From assembly GCA_031426335.1 (NCBI GenBank), contig JANPLC010000241.1, forward strand, positions 1,828 through 65,827: DNA of 64,000 nt. The letters run 5' to 3'. Under the pieces are notes generated by a model. That model made no database searches and was not told where the DNA came from. It saw only the letters and a program-made list of their open reading frames with translations. Source of the stretch: Planctomycetota bacterium (GTDB taxonomy: Bacteria > Planctomycetota > UBA11346). A program made the translations under genes and the position numbers. Of the stretch, positions 41,091 to 50,147 are shown one piece after another (positions within the stretch are counted from its first letter, which is position 1; every line of letters begins with the position of its first letter).

Positions 41091-41588
41091 TCAGGGTCCT
41101 AGCGGTGCGATAGAGTCAGCGGGATATTGCACGTGGCAAAAGCTGTAGAGAGACAGCGCATCGTTGGCGTATTCAAACACGCCTTCCGCCAAGAGTCCCT
41201 CAAGGTCTCCGGCTGAGAGCTGCGGCATCTGGTCGACCTCGACCTCCCAGGACACGCGCCACACGTCCGGGCTGATCATCTGCGACTTGAACGGAGCGAC
41301 GCCGCGCACCGTCCACACGTCATCGGAAATGCCGTTGCGCAAAATGATGTTGCACCACGCGGAGCCGTCGCCCAGCGTGCCGCGCCAGAACCCGTCAAAG
41401 AGGCCGTATTGCAGGCGGGTGAAATTGAAGTTGAGAGACGCCGTGGTCATCTGCCGTGTGAAGCGACGACGCACGCGCGCCGTGGCGTTGTCCATGTCGG
41501 TGCGAATGGTCGACGGCATCGGCTGTAAGCCGTAGCCATCAGCGAGCGGACGCGGCAGGTACTTGATTGGCCACGCTGCAACGGTCAT
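41091..41588 (-). CDS. Minor (distal) tail protein, hypothetical
   Basis: 165 aa, directly after the tape measure gene with an ATGA overlap. Assigned by position only. Confidence 0.45.
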   Translation of the reverse strand: MTVAAWPIKYLPRPLADGYGLQPMPSTIRTDMDNATARVRRRFTRQMTTASLNFNFTRLQYGLFDGFWRGTLGDGSAWCNIILRNGISDDVWTVRGVAPFKSQMISPDVWRVSWEVEVDQMPQLSAGDLEGLLAEGVFEYANDALSLYSFCHVQYPADSIAPLGP

Positions 41589-43738
41589 CGGCTTGACCCC
41601 CGCGAACGGTTGAGGCCGTACGTGGTTTGCATGGTCTTGCTGACCGGCCCCACGCCGCTGGCGATGTCGCCGGCCATGCGGTTGGACACCTGCTCAATAA
41701 TGAGGTCTATGCGTGGGGCGCCGCCCTCGCCGGTGCTTTCCTCGCTGCGCGCGGCCATGCCGGGCGGCGTGTGGACGTGGACCTCCACGGTGGGCTTGCC
41801 GCCTGCGGGTCCGCCTGGGGTGACTTGGCCGCCCTTGTTGCCCATCATAAGGAACGACTTGTCCCCGACCGTGAGCATTTCGGGGCCGCGCTCGTTCACT
41901 TGGTACATGCCGCCGCGCGAGACCGGACCACCGTTCGCGCGGCCTGGCGGTTCCTGGCCGGCGATCTGCGCCACCGCGGCCATGCCCGAGGCCAACGCCA
42001 TGCCGGCGAATACCTGCGCCATCATCGGGTTGCTGATCAGTGCCGGGCTGGCCAGTGTGTTGGAGTATGCCATCCACGCGTTGACCGTGGCTTGTGCCAT
42101 CGCCGCGCCGCGGTTGAGATAAAAAAGTCCCTTGCTGCTTTCGGCTCCCTCCGCGGTGAGCGTGTCCATGTTGCCGAAAAAGTCAGAGGTGGCGCCGAGT
42201 AGCGCCATCTGCTTCTTGCGCTCGGCCTCGATCTCCTCGGAGTTGGTGGCGTTGCGTGCGGCCACCGTCTCCGCCACGCGTTTCTTTTCTTTGGCCTTGG
42301 CGCGCTCCTCGGCCTGGGACTTGATGGTGATGATTGCCGCCTCGACCTTGCCCAGGTTGGCAAGGCGCTCCTGGTCAATCTGGTTGAGGTCGTAGACCTC
42401 GGCGCGCATGTTGTCGGTGAGATTCTGACGCCATCCGGCAATGGTGGCGTTGGCCTCTGGCAGCGTGGTGAAGGCCTTGCCCAATCGACCCAACGCGGCG
42501 CCGGCATCGTCGGCAGCGTTGCCCATCATGATGCCCGTCACCACGAGGTCCTGCGCGGCTTCCTTGCGCATTTCTTTCGTGGTGTCGCTCAGCGACTTGG
42601 CCGCGCTGGACAGGCTGGCGCTCAGGCTCTCCGACACGTAGCCGGCGGCGTCCGCCAGCTTGGTGATCATCACCGACGCGGCCTGTCCGAGGTTGTCCAG
42701 CACCACCAGGAGGCCCAGCTTCATATTCTGCCACACGTGCTTGATGGCCGCGGCCACCATTTCACCGCCGAACTTGACGGTATCCCACGCTGCATTCCAT
42801 ACGTTGGCGATCATCTGCCCGGTTTGGGTGATGTTCGATGCGGCGGCCAGAACCTTGTCCGTCATCCACATGACGCCGATACGCAGCGCGGACCACACCT
42901 CACGCAGGCGCATCCACACGTCATAGACGCCGACGCCGCCGCGGATGCCGGCCTCCACGAGTGCCGCGATCTGCGAGCGGAAGCCGTTGGACTCGCGCGC
43001 CGTGTTGAGGAACTCGTGGCCCAGCTCGGTGATGTAGGGCGACAGCTCCGACGTAACGCGCAGGCCAAGCGATTGGACGACGGACTCCACCTGCGCGAGG
43101 ACGGTCTTGGCCTCGGTGATCTGGCCAATCTCCGCGCCGGTGAGCGCGATGCCTAACGCCTTCGCGTCCTCTGCCGCCTGCTTCAAGCCGGCGGATCCGT
43201 TGTTGAGCATGGGCAGCATTTCCATGCCGCCCTTGCCGAACAACTTCACCGCGGTGGCGGCTTTTAGGCTGGCGTCGCCGGTCGCCTCAAAGCGGTCCGC
43301 GATGATCGCCAATTGCTCGTCGGTGCCCTTGCCCTTGAGGTCGTCCAGGCTGAGGCCGATGCCACGGAGCGCGCTCTCGACTTCCGGCGAGCCGTTGCGC
43401 AGTGCCACCATGGCCTGCTGCATCTTGCCCATGCTGGTGGCGAACTTCTCGCCCGTCATGCCGGTTTGCACCGCGGCCAAGCGCATGCTCGCCATGGCTT
43501 CGGCCGTCACGCCCATTTGCTCCGCCTGGTCCTCCAGCGCGTCCGCAATATCCATGTTGGTTTTGATGAACGACGCCGCGGCCTTCACCGTGGCGACAGA
43601 CGCCCACACGCCGACCAATCCCAGGACGGTATTCTTGAACGCGGCCACCTGCTTGGAGGCCTCGCCAAACGCCTTCGTCATCTTCTCGTGCGATGCACTG
43701 AGGACGACTTGGACGGTACCGATCGTGGTGTTAGCCAT
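41585..43738 (-). CDS. Tail tape measure protein
   Basis: 717 aa, Ala/Gly/Met-rich and helical, with 'GLVGVWASVATVKAAA' hydrophobic segments. Lies immediately downstream of the G/GT chaperone pair. Confidence 0.8.
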   Translation of the reverse strand: MANTTIGTVQVVLSASHEKMTKAFGEASKQVAAFKNTVLGLVGVWASVATVKAAASFIKTNMDIADALEDQAEQMGVTAEAMASMRLAAVQTGMTGEKFATSMGKMQQAMVALRNGSPEVESALRGIGLSLDDLKGKGTDEQLAIIADRFEATGDASLKAATAVKLFGKGGMEMLPMLNNGSAGLKQAAEDAKALGIALTGAEIGQITEAKTVLAQVESVVQSLGLRVTSELSPYITELGHEFLNTARESNGFRSQIAALVEAGIRGGVGVYDVWMRLREVWSALRIGVMWMTDKVLAAASNITQTGQMIANVWNAAWDTVKFGGEMVAAAIKHVWQNMKLGLLVVLDNLGQAASVMITKLADAAGYVSESLSASLSSAAKSLSDTTKEMRKEAAQDLVVTGIMMGNAADDAGAALGRLGKAFTTLPEANATIAGWRQNLTDNMRAEVYDLNQIDQERLANLGKVEAAIITIKSQAEERAKAKEKKRVAETVAARNATNSEEIEAERKKQMALLGATSDFFGNMDTLTAEGAESSKGLFYLNRGAAMAQATVNAWMAYSNTLASPALISNPMMAQVFAGMALASGMAAVAQIAGQEPPGRANGGPVSRGGMYQVNERGPEMLTVGDKSFLMMGNKGGQVTPGGPAGGKPTVEVHVHTPPGMAARSEESTGEGGAPRIDLIIEQVSNRMAGDIASGVGPVSKTMQTTYGLNRSRGSSR

Positions 43739-44320
43739 GTGGGCGGTTCGTTGCTATCTGGCCAAATATGGCCGTCACGTGTTGCGCGGACTGCTCTGGC
43801 GTCATGTCGTCGGCGGCGTCGCCGTCGTGCATCGGCAGCCCTTGGCGTTGCCGTTCCGCCATGTCGTTCTGGTGCTCAAAATAGAGCATCCAGTCCACAA
43901 ACTCCGCCTCCGTCATGCGCTCTTGCAGCTCTGCGACCGTTGTCCCTCCCAACTCTTTGGCGAGGAAATGCCAGTCACGTTTGCGGCCGTCGCGCTTTAG
44001 GCTTTTTTTGCGTCCTCCACCGCGGCCTTGGTCATGCGGTTGATGCGGAGCGCCTCGTCCACGATCGGCGCGAGGACGCGCGACGGGTGCGCCTCGTAGA
44101 GCGCAAGGCCGTCCTCTGGCTTGAGGAGGCGCACGCCCTCGGCATCGCAGAGCGAGGCCGCAACAAGGAGTTGCGTGATCTCCTCCGCCGGACGCTCGCC
44201 GGTGTAGAGCCGCGCCATCTCTCCGCCGGACAGCTCGCGCAGGTAGACGGTGCCCAGGTCCGGGCACTCGATGGTGACAACCGGGCGCGTCGGCTTGCTG
44301 AGGAGTGCCGCGCGGTCCAT
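43731..44320 (-). CDS. Tail assembly chaperone, -1 frameshift fusion (gpGT-like)
   Basis: After slippage at 44003-44009 the -1 frame reads 'SLKRDGRKRDWHFLAKELGGTTVAELQERMTEAEFVDWMLYFE...' and stops at 43731, overlapping the tape-measure start. Confidence 0.6.
43997..44320 (-). CDS. Tail assembly chaperone (gpG-like, short form)
   Basis: 107 aa between the major tail and tape measure genes. Ends '...AVEDAKKA*' on an A7 slippery run. Confidence 0.7.
   Translation of the reverse strand: MDRAALLSKPTRPVVTIECPDLGTVYLRELSGGEMARLYTGERPAEEITQLLVAASLCDAEGVRLLKPEDGLALYEAHPSRVLAPIVDEALRINRMTKAAVEDAKKA
44003..44009 (-). promoter_or_regulatory. Programmed -1 ribosomal frameshift slippery heptamer (A AAA AAA)
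   Basis: T7 on the plus strand is A7 on the coding strand, in frame as GCA AAA AAA GCC TAA. An open -1 frame of ~90 codons follows. Confidence 0.6.
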
Positions 44321-44730
44321 TAGGTTGCCGCCGTGAAGGTGGCCGCGCTGTTGACCTTGATGGTGACGCCGACTTCCGAGCGTCCATCATTGGCCGCCTT
44401 GGGCCGGCTCATCTTGCTGATGTGGCCCTGGAACTCGTACTTGGCCGCAACGCTCTGGCCGGTGAGCAAGGGCAGGGTGATGCGCACCAGCTCGTCAATG
44501 GCGCCGATGGGCACGGCAACGTCCGGCGTGTAGCGGATGGTTGCGCTCACCTCACCGACATCGAGCACCGGACCGGCAAACGATTTCTTGATGGTGCTGG
44601 TGAGGTCGGTGTTGTCGATTTCGGTGGTGGTCTCCTCGTTGAGGTCGAGCCCAATAAGCGTCACGACGAACGAGGGGCGCGACGGCAGCGACAGCAAAAT
44701 GCCGTTGAGGTTCTTGTATTCGGTAGGCAT
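44320..44730 (-). CDS. Major tail protein
   Basis: 136 aa, beta-rich, immediately upstream of the chaperone pair. Assigned mainly by position. Confidence 0.6.
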   Translation of the reverse strand: MPTEYKNLNGILLSLPSRPSFVVTLIGLDLNEETTTEIDNTDLTSTIKKSFAGPVLDVGEVSATIRYTPDVAVPIGAIDELVRITLPLLTGQSVAAKYEFQGHISKMSRPKAANDGRSEVGVTIKVNSAATFTAAT

Positions 44731-44754
44731 GGGGTGGTCCTTGGGTGTGGTTGG

Positions 44755-45273
44755 TCAGACGGCGGCGGCAATGTGCTTGCGCACGTCGTCGTGGATGGTG
44801 GTGGTGAACGGCCCGGCACCTGGGCGGACGCTGCGTTCCAGCATTTTCGCGCCGCCGGCTTGGCGCGTCATGCGGCCTTTTGGGCTGTGGCCGGCCTCGA
44901 TGCCGTAGGCGTATTTCCACGCGTCGGCGCGATCGACGGCCACGCCCTTGGCAGCGGCGGCCAGCACCGACTTGTGTGCGCGTCCGCGGCGCGTCACCAG
45001 GCGCTTGTTGCCGCCGGTGTCCTTGAACGTGAACGAGGAACGCGGCTCGATCGTCACGCCCACGGATCCGGTGCGGCCGTCGAAAAATGCCGACGTGCCC
45101 CAGCTCGCGCGCAGCTTGCCGGACTTCACCGGCGTGGCGGCCTTCACGGAGGCGAGCATGGGCTTGGCGCCCTGCTTGGTCGACTTCCGCAGCATCTTGC
45201 GGAGCGGTCCCATCTGCGTCGTGGCAAGAGCGCGCCGGATGCTGGGGTCTGCTTTGATCTCAACGACGATCAT
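44755..45273 (-). CDS. HK97 gp10-like tail-completion/neck protein
   Basis: Internal ATG at 45273 ('MIVVEIKADPS...') coupled by ATGA. 'AATPVKSGKLRASWG...YAYGIEAG' resembles the HK97 gp10 family. The ORF-track N-terminal extension is out of context. Confidence 0.55.
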   Translation of the reverse strand: MIVVEIKADPSIRRALATTQMGPLRKMLRKSTKQGAKPMLASVKAATPVKSGKLRASWGTSAFFDGRTGSVGVTIEPRSSFTFKDTGGNKRLVTRRGRAHKSVLAAAAKGVAVDRADAWKYAYGIEAGHSPKGRMTRQAGGAKMLERSVRPGAGPFTTTIHDDVRKHIAAAV

Positions 45274-45755
45274 GGCCACACCGTCAGGTCGAGCGCCCAC
45301 ATGATTTCCAATTGATCGCCGTGTTTGTCGCGCTCCTGGGAGCTGATGCGCGCCGGGCCGTTGGCGAGGTCGTAGCCGTTGAGCACGACGGGCGCTCCGC
45401 CCAGGGGCGGGAGCTGTTCCATCTCCACCATCACCGCGCCCACGCGGTTGAGGAAATCGGTTTCTGCGTCGGCGTCGCTGCCCTGTCGCGCATCGTCGCA
45501 GAAATACAGGAGGGCGCCGCCGGCCTGGATGAATGGTCCAACGGTCTGCCCGTCGCGGCGGCGGCCGGTGCCGGTGTTGAAGTCCACAATGGCGTGCGGG
45601 CGCGGGGCGTTGCGGGGCGCGCTGATCAAATACACCTGCGCCGCGGCTGGCGTGACGCCACCGCACCACGCTTGCCATGCGACGTTGGCCGCCAGCCAAC
45701 CCTTGACGGTGTGGAGCGGAAGGGAGAGCGGACCGGATGGGAGTACGTCAGGCAT
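45270..45755 (-). CDS. Head-tail connector/neck protein, hypothetical
   Basis: 161 aa between the adaptor and the gp10-like gene. Coupled starts and stops. Confidence 0.45.
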   Translation of the reverse strand: MPDVLPSGPLSLPLHTVKGWLAANVAWQAWCGGVTPAAAQVYLISAPRNAPRPHAIVDFNTGTGRRRDGQTVGPFIQAGGALLYFCDDARQGSDADAETDFLNRVGAVMVEMEQLPPLGGAPVVLNGYDLANGPARISSQERDKHGDQLEIMWALDLTVWP

Positions 45756-46114
45756 CAGCGCAACCCCTTCGGCTGTGCGTCGCCTGCGCGCTTGAGGCGC
45801 AGACGGTAGCCGACGCCGGCCAGGAGGTCTGCCTCATCAATTTCCCAGCGCGTGCCGGTGGCCGAACGGACGAACGTGGCGCCGCGGGTGAAGCCAGGAA
45901 CGTCAGCAAGGGCAACGTCGAGCGTGGCGCCGCTGAACTGCGATTGCACGCCGATGCCGAACGCCTGGCGGTCGTCACTGGGGAACTCCTGCCACACGCC
46001 GCGGATGCTGATGGCGGCGGCGGCTTCCGGTTCGTAGACGATGGTCTCTGCAACGCCCATGGGGTTGGCGTTGTCGCTGGCGCGATCCATGGCGGCGAGG
46101 TCGCGCAGGCTCAT
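45755..46114 (-). CDS. Head-tail adaptor-like protein, hypothetical
   Basis: 119 aa. Position only; coupled to both neighbours. Confidence 0.4.
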   Translation of the reverse strand: MSLRDLAAMDRASDNANPMGVAETIVYEPEAAAAISIRGVWQEFPSDDRQAFGIGVQSQFSGATLDVALADVPGFTRGATFVRSATGTRWEIDEADLLAGVGYRLRLKRAGDAQPKGLR

Positions 46115-46887
46115 GGTAGCGCACCGGCGGGCAGCGAGCGGAGCGGACGTTTGGTGCGCAGCGCGGCGGCGGCCTTCAAGAGCTTGCCGCCCTCCTCGTA
46201 CACTTTCGCGCCGGCCTGGATCTGGCGGCTACGGTTCTCACGGTTGAGGGCGTCCACCACGTTGGGCGCAGAGGTGGCGGCAATGCGCGTGGCTTGCTGG
46301 AATCCGTCTGCCATCTCGACGGCGGCGGTAGCAAAGCGCGGGAACCAGCGCAGCCCCAGGACGACGCCGGCAACCAGCACTGCACCGGCAACACACAGCA
46401 GAGCGATCACGCCCACGGTGGGCAGCCAGGGCACCGCCCAGGCGCAACCCGTGGCGAGCACCACCAGAACGCCGCACGCCACCGCGGCCTTGACCAGGGT
46501 GGGCTTGGCGATCGGAGAGAGGAACGCGGCAACGGTGCAGGCGAGGCCAGCCAGCAAGGCAAGGCCAGCCACCCACAGGCACGAGGCGCGCAGCGTTCCT
46601 AGGAATGCGTCGCGCCGGTCCTGGTCGCGGTCAGCGGTCAGGGTTGCCACACGCTGCTGCCAACGGGCGAGATCACCGGCGAGCGTTGCCACGGCGTCGC
46701 GCGCTTGGCGGAGCTGTGACTCCGTCTCGGTCTCGCCGGCTTTCGCTGGCGTGACAACACGAGGCGGTGCGGATTCCTTGGGTGGCTCCGGTCGCTCGAT
46801 GGGCGCGGCGGCGCGCACGCTGCATGGGCCAAACGCCATGCAGCAGAACGCGACCAGCACGCACAGAGCGAGGGAGCGAGGGATCAC
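46111..46887 (-). CDS. Membrane protein (signal peptide, coiled-coil, ~4 TM helices)
   Basis: Probable GTG start at 46887 (GTGA overlap). 'IPRSLALCVLVAFCCMAFGPCSV'. TM-rich 'CLWVAGLALLAGLACTVAAF...ACGVLVVLATGCAWAV...VGVIALLCVAGAVLVAGVVLGL'. Confidence 0.5.
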   Translation of the reverse strand: MIPRSLALCVLVAFCCMAFGPCSVRAAAPIERPEPPKESAPPRVVTPAKAGETETESQLRQARDAVATLAGDLARWQQRVATLTADRDQDRRDAFLGTLRASCLWVAGLALLAGLACTVAAFLSPIAKPTLVKAAVACGVLVVLATGCAWAVPWLPTVGVIALLCVAGAVLVAGVVLGLRWFPRFATAAVEMADGFQQATRIAATSAPNVVDALNRENRSRQIQAGAKVYEEGGKLLKAAAALRTKRPLRSLPAGALP

Positions 46888-47333
46888 GGCATGCCGCCCG
46901 ATGCGCTCGCGGGGCGACGATCGCGGGCCAACTCCAGGCGCACGGCTTCCATGCTCTTGGACAGGTCCTTGATGTCGGCCTTGATCTCTTTGAGGGACTC
47001 GCCGGTGGCGGTCTTGATCTCTTGCAGCGACGTGGCGGTTGCGGCGGCGTCCTTCTCGTTCTGCTTTTCGCGGACGATTTCGCGCGTCTCGATCGTGGTC
47101 AGGCGCTCGCCGTGGCCGATGAGCGCGCCGTGCAGCCACGCGCCAATGGAGAGCGATAGGCCGCCAACGGTGACGCCGACGTATTGCGCAAACGCTTTCC
47201 AGTCGACGCCAGCGGAGCGGCGGGGAATTGGTTGTTGGTCGGTGTCGGCCACGTGGTTGTCCTGTGGTGGGCGGATGAATGGCGCAGCTCCCGTGCCGTC
47301 GTGTTGCCACGGCGGACGGGGAGACGCGGTCAT
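46884..47333 (-). CDS. Single-pass membrane / coiled-coil protein
   Basis: Internal ATG at 47333 coupled to the upstream stop. TM 'YVGVTVGGLSLSIGAWLHGALIG' followed by the helical 'EIVREKQNEKDAAATATSLQEIKTATGESLKEIKADIKDLSKSMEAVRLEL'. Confidence 0.5.
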   Translation of the reverse strand: MTASPRPPWQHDGTGAAPFIRPPQDNHVADTDQQPIPRRSAGVDWKAFAQYVGVTVGGLSLSIGAWLHGALIGHGERLTTIETREIVREKQNEKDAAATATSLQEIKTATGESLKEIKADIKDLSKSMEAVRLELARDRRPASASGGMP

Positions 47334-47506
47334 TTCTTGCCGTCGCCGTCCTTGTCGTTTTCGGACTTCTTGCCCTTCGGCTCTTTGTCCTTCTTGCCGT
47401 CGCCGTCCTTGTCGACGGTCCAGCCTTCGGACTCCATGGCCTGGAGCTGCTCTGGTGCGCAGTGAGCTGCGCCGTGTTTCGGATGCACGATGTTGATGTG
47501 TGCCAT
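47330..47506 (-). CDS. Small protein with two DKDGDGKK (DxDxDG-like) motifs
   Basis: 'MAHINIVHPKHGAAHCAPEQLQAMESEGWTVDKDGDGKKDKEPKGKKSENDKDGDGKK'. Lies directly downstream of the capsid gene. A 22-bp direct repeat encodes the motifs. Confidence 0.45.
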   Translation of the reverse strand: MAHINIVHPKHGAAHCAPEQLQAMESEGWTVDKDGDGKKDKEPKGKKSENDKDGDGKK

Positions 47507-47583
47507 TGGTTGACTTTCGATGTGGTGGAGGAAATCCGCAGCACCCACCCGGCAACGCGCCGGGTGGGTTTCTTCTCATCGGC

Positions 47584-48735
47584 TCAGCGGATGAGCTTGC
47601 GGATCCACGACGGCCGGCGAGCGATGCCGCCGAACACGGCCGACACCTCCCACATGCCCTGGTGGTACTGCTTGTAATAAGCGAGGCGCATCATCAGCCC
47701 GGTGACCGGGTCCTTGATAACCTGCTCCATCGCCGCGGCGTCGCCGCCGGTCGGCTGCGAGCTGGGGCGCACGCTGTAATACATCGCGGCCGGGTGCAGC
47801 AGAATGCTCTGCTGATGGGTCACGATGCGGACCACGCTGGCGTTGTCGGCAACGGCCGACAGCAAGCCCTGGTTCAGCGTGATGACGGTGGCGGTTGCCG
47901 ATTTCACAACCATCTGCGCCAGGGTGGCGGTGCCGGGCAGGACGTTGCCGGCAATGGTGATCACGTCGCCAGCAGCAAAGCCGCCGGTGCCGGTGTCCAC
48001 GGTGATCTCCGTGGCGCCCGCAACCAAGCCCACTTGGTTCACGAGGTAGCCACCGGCGGCAACCGTGGTCTGCGTGGTGCCGGCAAGCTGATCATAACCA
48101 ACGTTGAAGTTGGACAGCATGCCCAGGCGGCCGGTCGCAAAGTCGGTTCCGGTTGGCGCTTCGCTCAACTTCTGGAACTGCGTCAGCTTGCCCGCCGACG
48201 CATAGTCGGTGGTGGACAAGATGCCCAGGCGCCGCGAGTCCGGGCACTTGGAATCCGCCAGCGATTTCCAGACATCCACCAGGATGTTGGGCGTGGTGGC
48301 GAACGGGTCGGTGGTCGGAGTGCCGAACGCCTGACCAGCGCCGCGCACCATCGTCTGGAACGCATCGGCCGCGATGGCGTCAACCACTGCCTGGACGGCA
48401 AGGTTGATTTGCTCGCTGCGGTAATTCTGGCCCAGCGACGCCATGCCGCGCTCGTCTTCGCCCGTCAACTTGAACTGACCAGCCTTGTGGTTGCTCAGTG
48501 TCATGGTCTTGGCGGTGGCGGTGACGCCGGTGGCGTCAGGCGGCGCAACGCCTGGGGTCACGTCGACCGCGGCGATGTCCGGCAATTCCGGGTAGGTGAC
48601 GGACTGCCCCTTGGACGCAGCGTCGGTGCGCTGGTCGCGGGACACGCCGTTGAGGATGAAGCCGCTATTGCGGGCGGTTTCTTGGATGGTGCTGATCAGC
48701 GTGGGGATCAGCACAGAGAGGACGTTGGCAGCCAT
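47584..48735 (-). CDS. Major capsid protein (HK97-fold, P22-coat-like)
   Basis: 383 aa directly after the protease/scaffold gene. Length, position and the 'MAANVLSVLIPTLISTIQETARN...' N-terminus fit coat proteins. Confidence 0.75.
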   Translation of the reverse strand: MAANVLSVLIPTLISTIQETARNSGFILNGVSRDQRTDAASKGQSVTYPELPDIAAVDVTPGVAPPDATGVTATAKTMTLSNHKAGQFKLTGEDERGMASLGQNYRSEQINLAVQAVVDAIAADAFQTMVRGAGQAFGTPTTDPFATTPNILVDVWKSLADSKCPDSRRLGILSTTDYASAGKLTQFQKLSEAPTGTDFATGRLGMLSNFNVGYDQLAGTTQTTVAAGGYLVNQVGLVAGATEITVDTGTGGFAAGDVITIAGNVLPGTATLAQMVVKSATATVITLNQGLLSAVADNASVVRIVTHQQSILLHPAAMYYSVRPSSQPTGGDAAAMEQVIKDPVTGLMMRLAYYKQYHQGMWEVSAVFGGIARRPSWIRKLIR

Positions 48736-48782
48736 GGCTGTGGGGTGCTTTCTTTTTTACTTGGAGGTGTTGGTGGTGGTGA

Positions 48783-50147
48783 TCAGACCAGAGCGGCCTT
48801 GCCGGCTTGAATGTCGGCAAGGTCTTGCTTGGTCAGCGACGCGGATTCCGCGATCGGGATGCGGCGGACATCCTTGGCGAGGGTTTCGTCTCCGCCCTTC
48901 GGGTCCGCGGTTTGGCTGTGCGCCTTCGCCGCGAGGAGGTCCGCGTCAGCCTTGGCCTTCGCCGCTTCGGCATCGGTCGCGCGCTTTTCAGCGGCGGCCA
49001 GTGACGCCTTGACGGTGGCCAGCTCGGCGCCGGTCGCCTTGGCGACGAGGTCCGAGGCCAGCGCCTTGAGGCCGTCAGCGGTCGCGCCTTCTTTCTGTGC
49101 GGCCTCGACAAGCTCGGCAGCGTGGGTGGGGTGGGTCTTGGTCAGCGCGGCGAGGGCCGCCATCAGCGTCTTGTCCATGATGTTGGACTCCTGGTTGCCG
49201 GCGGCTGCCGGCGGGGTGGTTGAAGACTTGGCGGACTCGGTCGAGTCGCCGGGAGAGGTGAGAGGAACGGGAACGACGAGAGCTGGCGCTGGCGTGTCGC
49301 CCTTCGCCTGGTCCAACTCGTCAGCGGGTGAGGCGACGGCGTCGATAAGGCCAAGCGTCAACGCCTCGGCGGCCAACCACGTTTCGCCGGTAAATACGGC
49401 ATCTAGCGCGGCGCCGGTGAGGCCACGGTTTGCGCCGACCGCATCGCGGAACACGGCCACGAGTGAGTCCACGCGGCGCTGCACTTGGTCGCGTTGTGGT
49501 TGCGTTATTTGACCATCAGCGCCTAGGCCCTTGCCAACTGCCGAGACGATCGTCTCCAGGCGCACACCGGCTTGATGCAGCGCGCCGGTCTGATCCATCA
49601 ACAGGTTGTAGACGCCCAACGATCCCACGTGCGTGGTTTGCGTGGCAACGATGCGATCAGCGCCGGCAACCATCCAATACGCGGCGGATGCGATGACGCC
49701 CGCGGCGCGGACCTCGATCGTCTTGCCCTTGCCCTGGAAACGGGTCAGCGCGGCGGCGGCCTCAGCGGTGCCGGCGATCGTGCCGCCGCAACAATCCATC
49801 TCGATGACCAGCGACTTCACCGCGTCGTTGAGCGCGAGCGCATCCACGGCGTCGGCCACGTCGAACGGGTCGACGGCGTCCATGTACGCCTTGGCGTACC
49901 ACGGCGCGCGGGCGATGATGTCGCCCACGATTTCGATGGTTGCGACATCGCCCACGATCTCGGGCACGATGGGGTTTCCGCCGTTGAAGATGAGACGCAT
50001 GCGGTCAGACGGGGACGCGCCCTTGTCGTCCAGGATGCCCACGCCGCGGCTGATCAACGCGTCCATGGACTCCATGCGTGCCTCCAATGCGCGGCGCGCG
50101 TCGTAGGTCATGCCCCAATTTTGATGGCCAAGTGCGGAAAGTTTCAT
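48783..50147 (-). CDS. Prohead protease (S49/ClpP-fold, lambda gpC-like) with C-terminal scaffold-like coiled coil
   Basis: 'VKSLVIEMDCCGGTIAGT', 'GVIASAAYWMVAGADRIVATQTTHVGSLGV' (SppA/S49 pattern). C-terminus 'ELATVKASLAAAEKRATDAEAAKAKADADLLAAKA'. Confidence 0.8.
   Translation of the reverse strand: MKLSALGHQNWGMTYDARRALEARMESMDALISRGVGILDDKGASPSDRMRLIFNGGNPIVPEIVGDVATIEIVGDIIARAPWYAKAYMDAVDPFDVADAVDALALNDAVKSLVIEMDCCGGTIAGTAEAAAALTRFQGKGKTIEVRAAGVIASAAYWMVAGADRIVATQTTHVGSLGVYNLLMDQTGALHQAGVRLETIVSAVGKGLGADGQITQPQRDQVQRRVDSLVAVFRDAVGANRGLTGAALDAVFTGETWLAAEALTLGLIDAVASPADELDQAKGDTPAPALVVPVPLTSPGDSTESAKSSTTPPAAAGNQESNIMDKTLMAALAALTKTHPTHAAELVEAAQKEGATADGLKALASDLVAKATGAELATVKASLAAAEKRATDAEAAKAKADADLLAAKAHSQTADPKGGDETLAKDVRRIPIAESASLTKQDLADIQAGKAALV

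Noticed and set aside
43313-44323. Long plus-strand ORFs across the prophage and island (e.g. 43313-44323, 45737-46972, 47500-48810, 61556-62749, 26349-27371, 27687-28529)
   Set aside because: They lie antisense to well-supported minus-strand genes. They have Arg/Gly/Ala/His-heavy low-complexity translations typical of stop-poor antisense frames in high-GC DNA, and they lack coupling or motifs.
44755-45699. Long N-terminal extensions in the ORF track (44755-45699, 46111-47544, 46884-47579, 50144-51025, 61488-62717, 398-2449)
   Set aside because: The extensions overlap upstream genes and are Arg/Pro-rich. Internal ATG/GTG starts that overlap the preceding stop codon (ATGA/GTGA) give sensible N-termini, so the shorter models were used.
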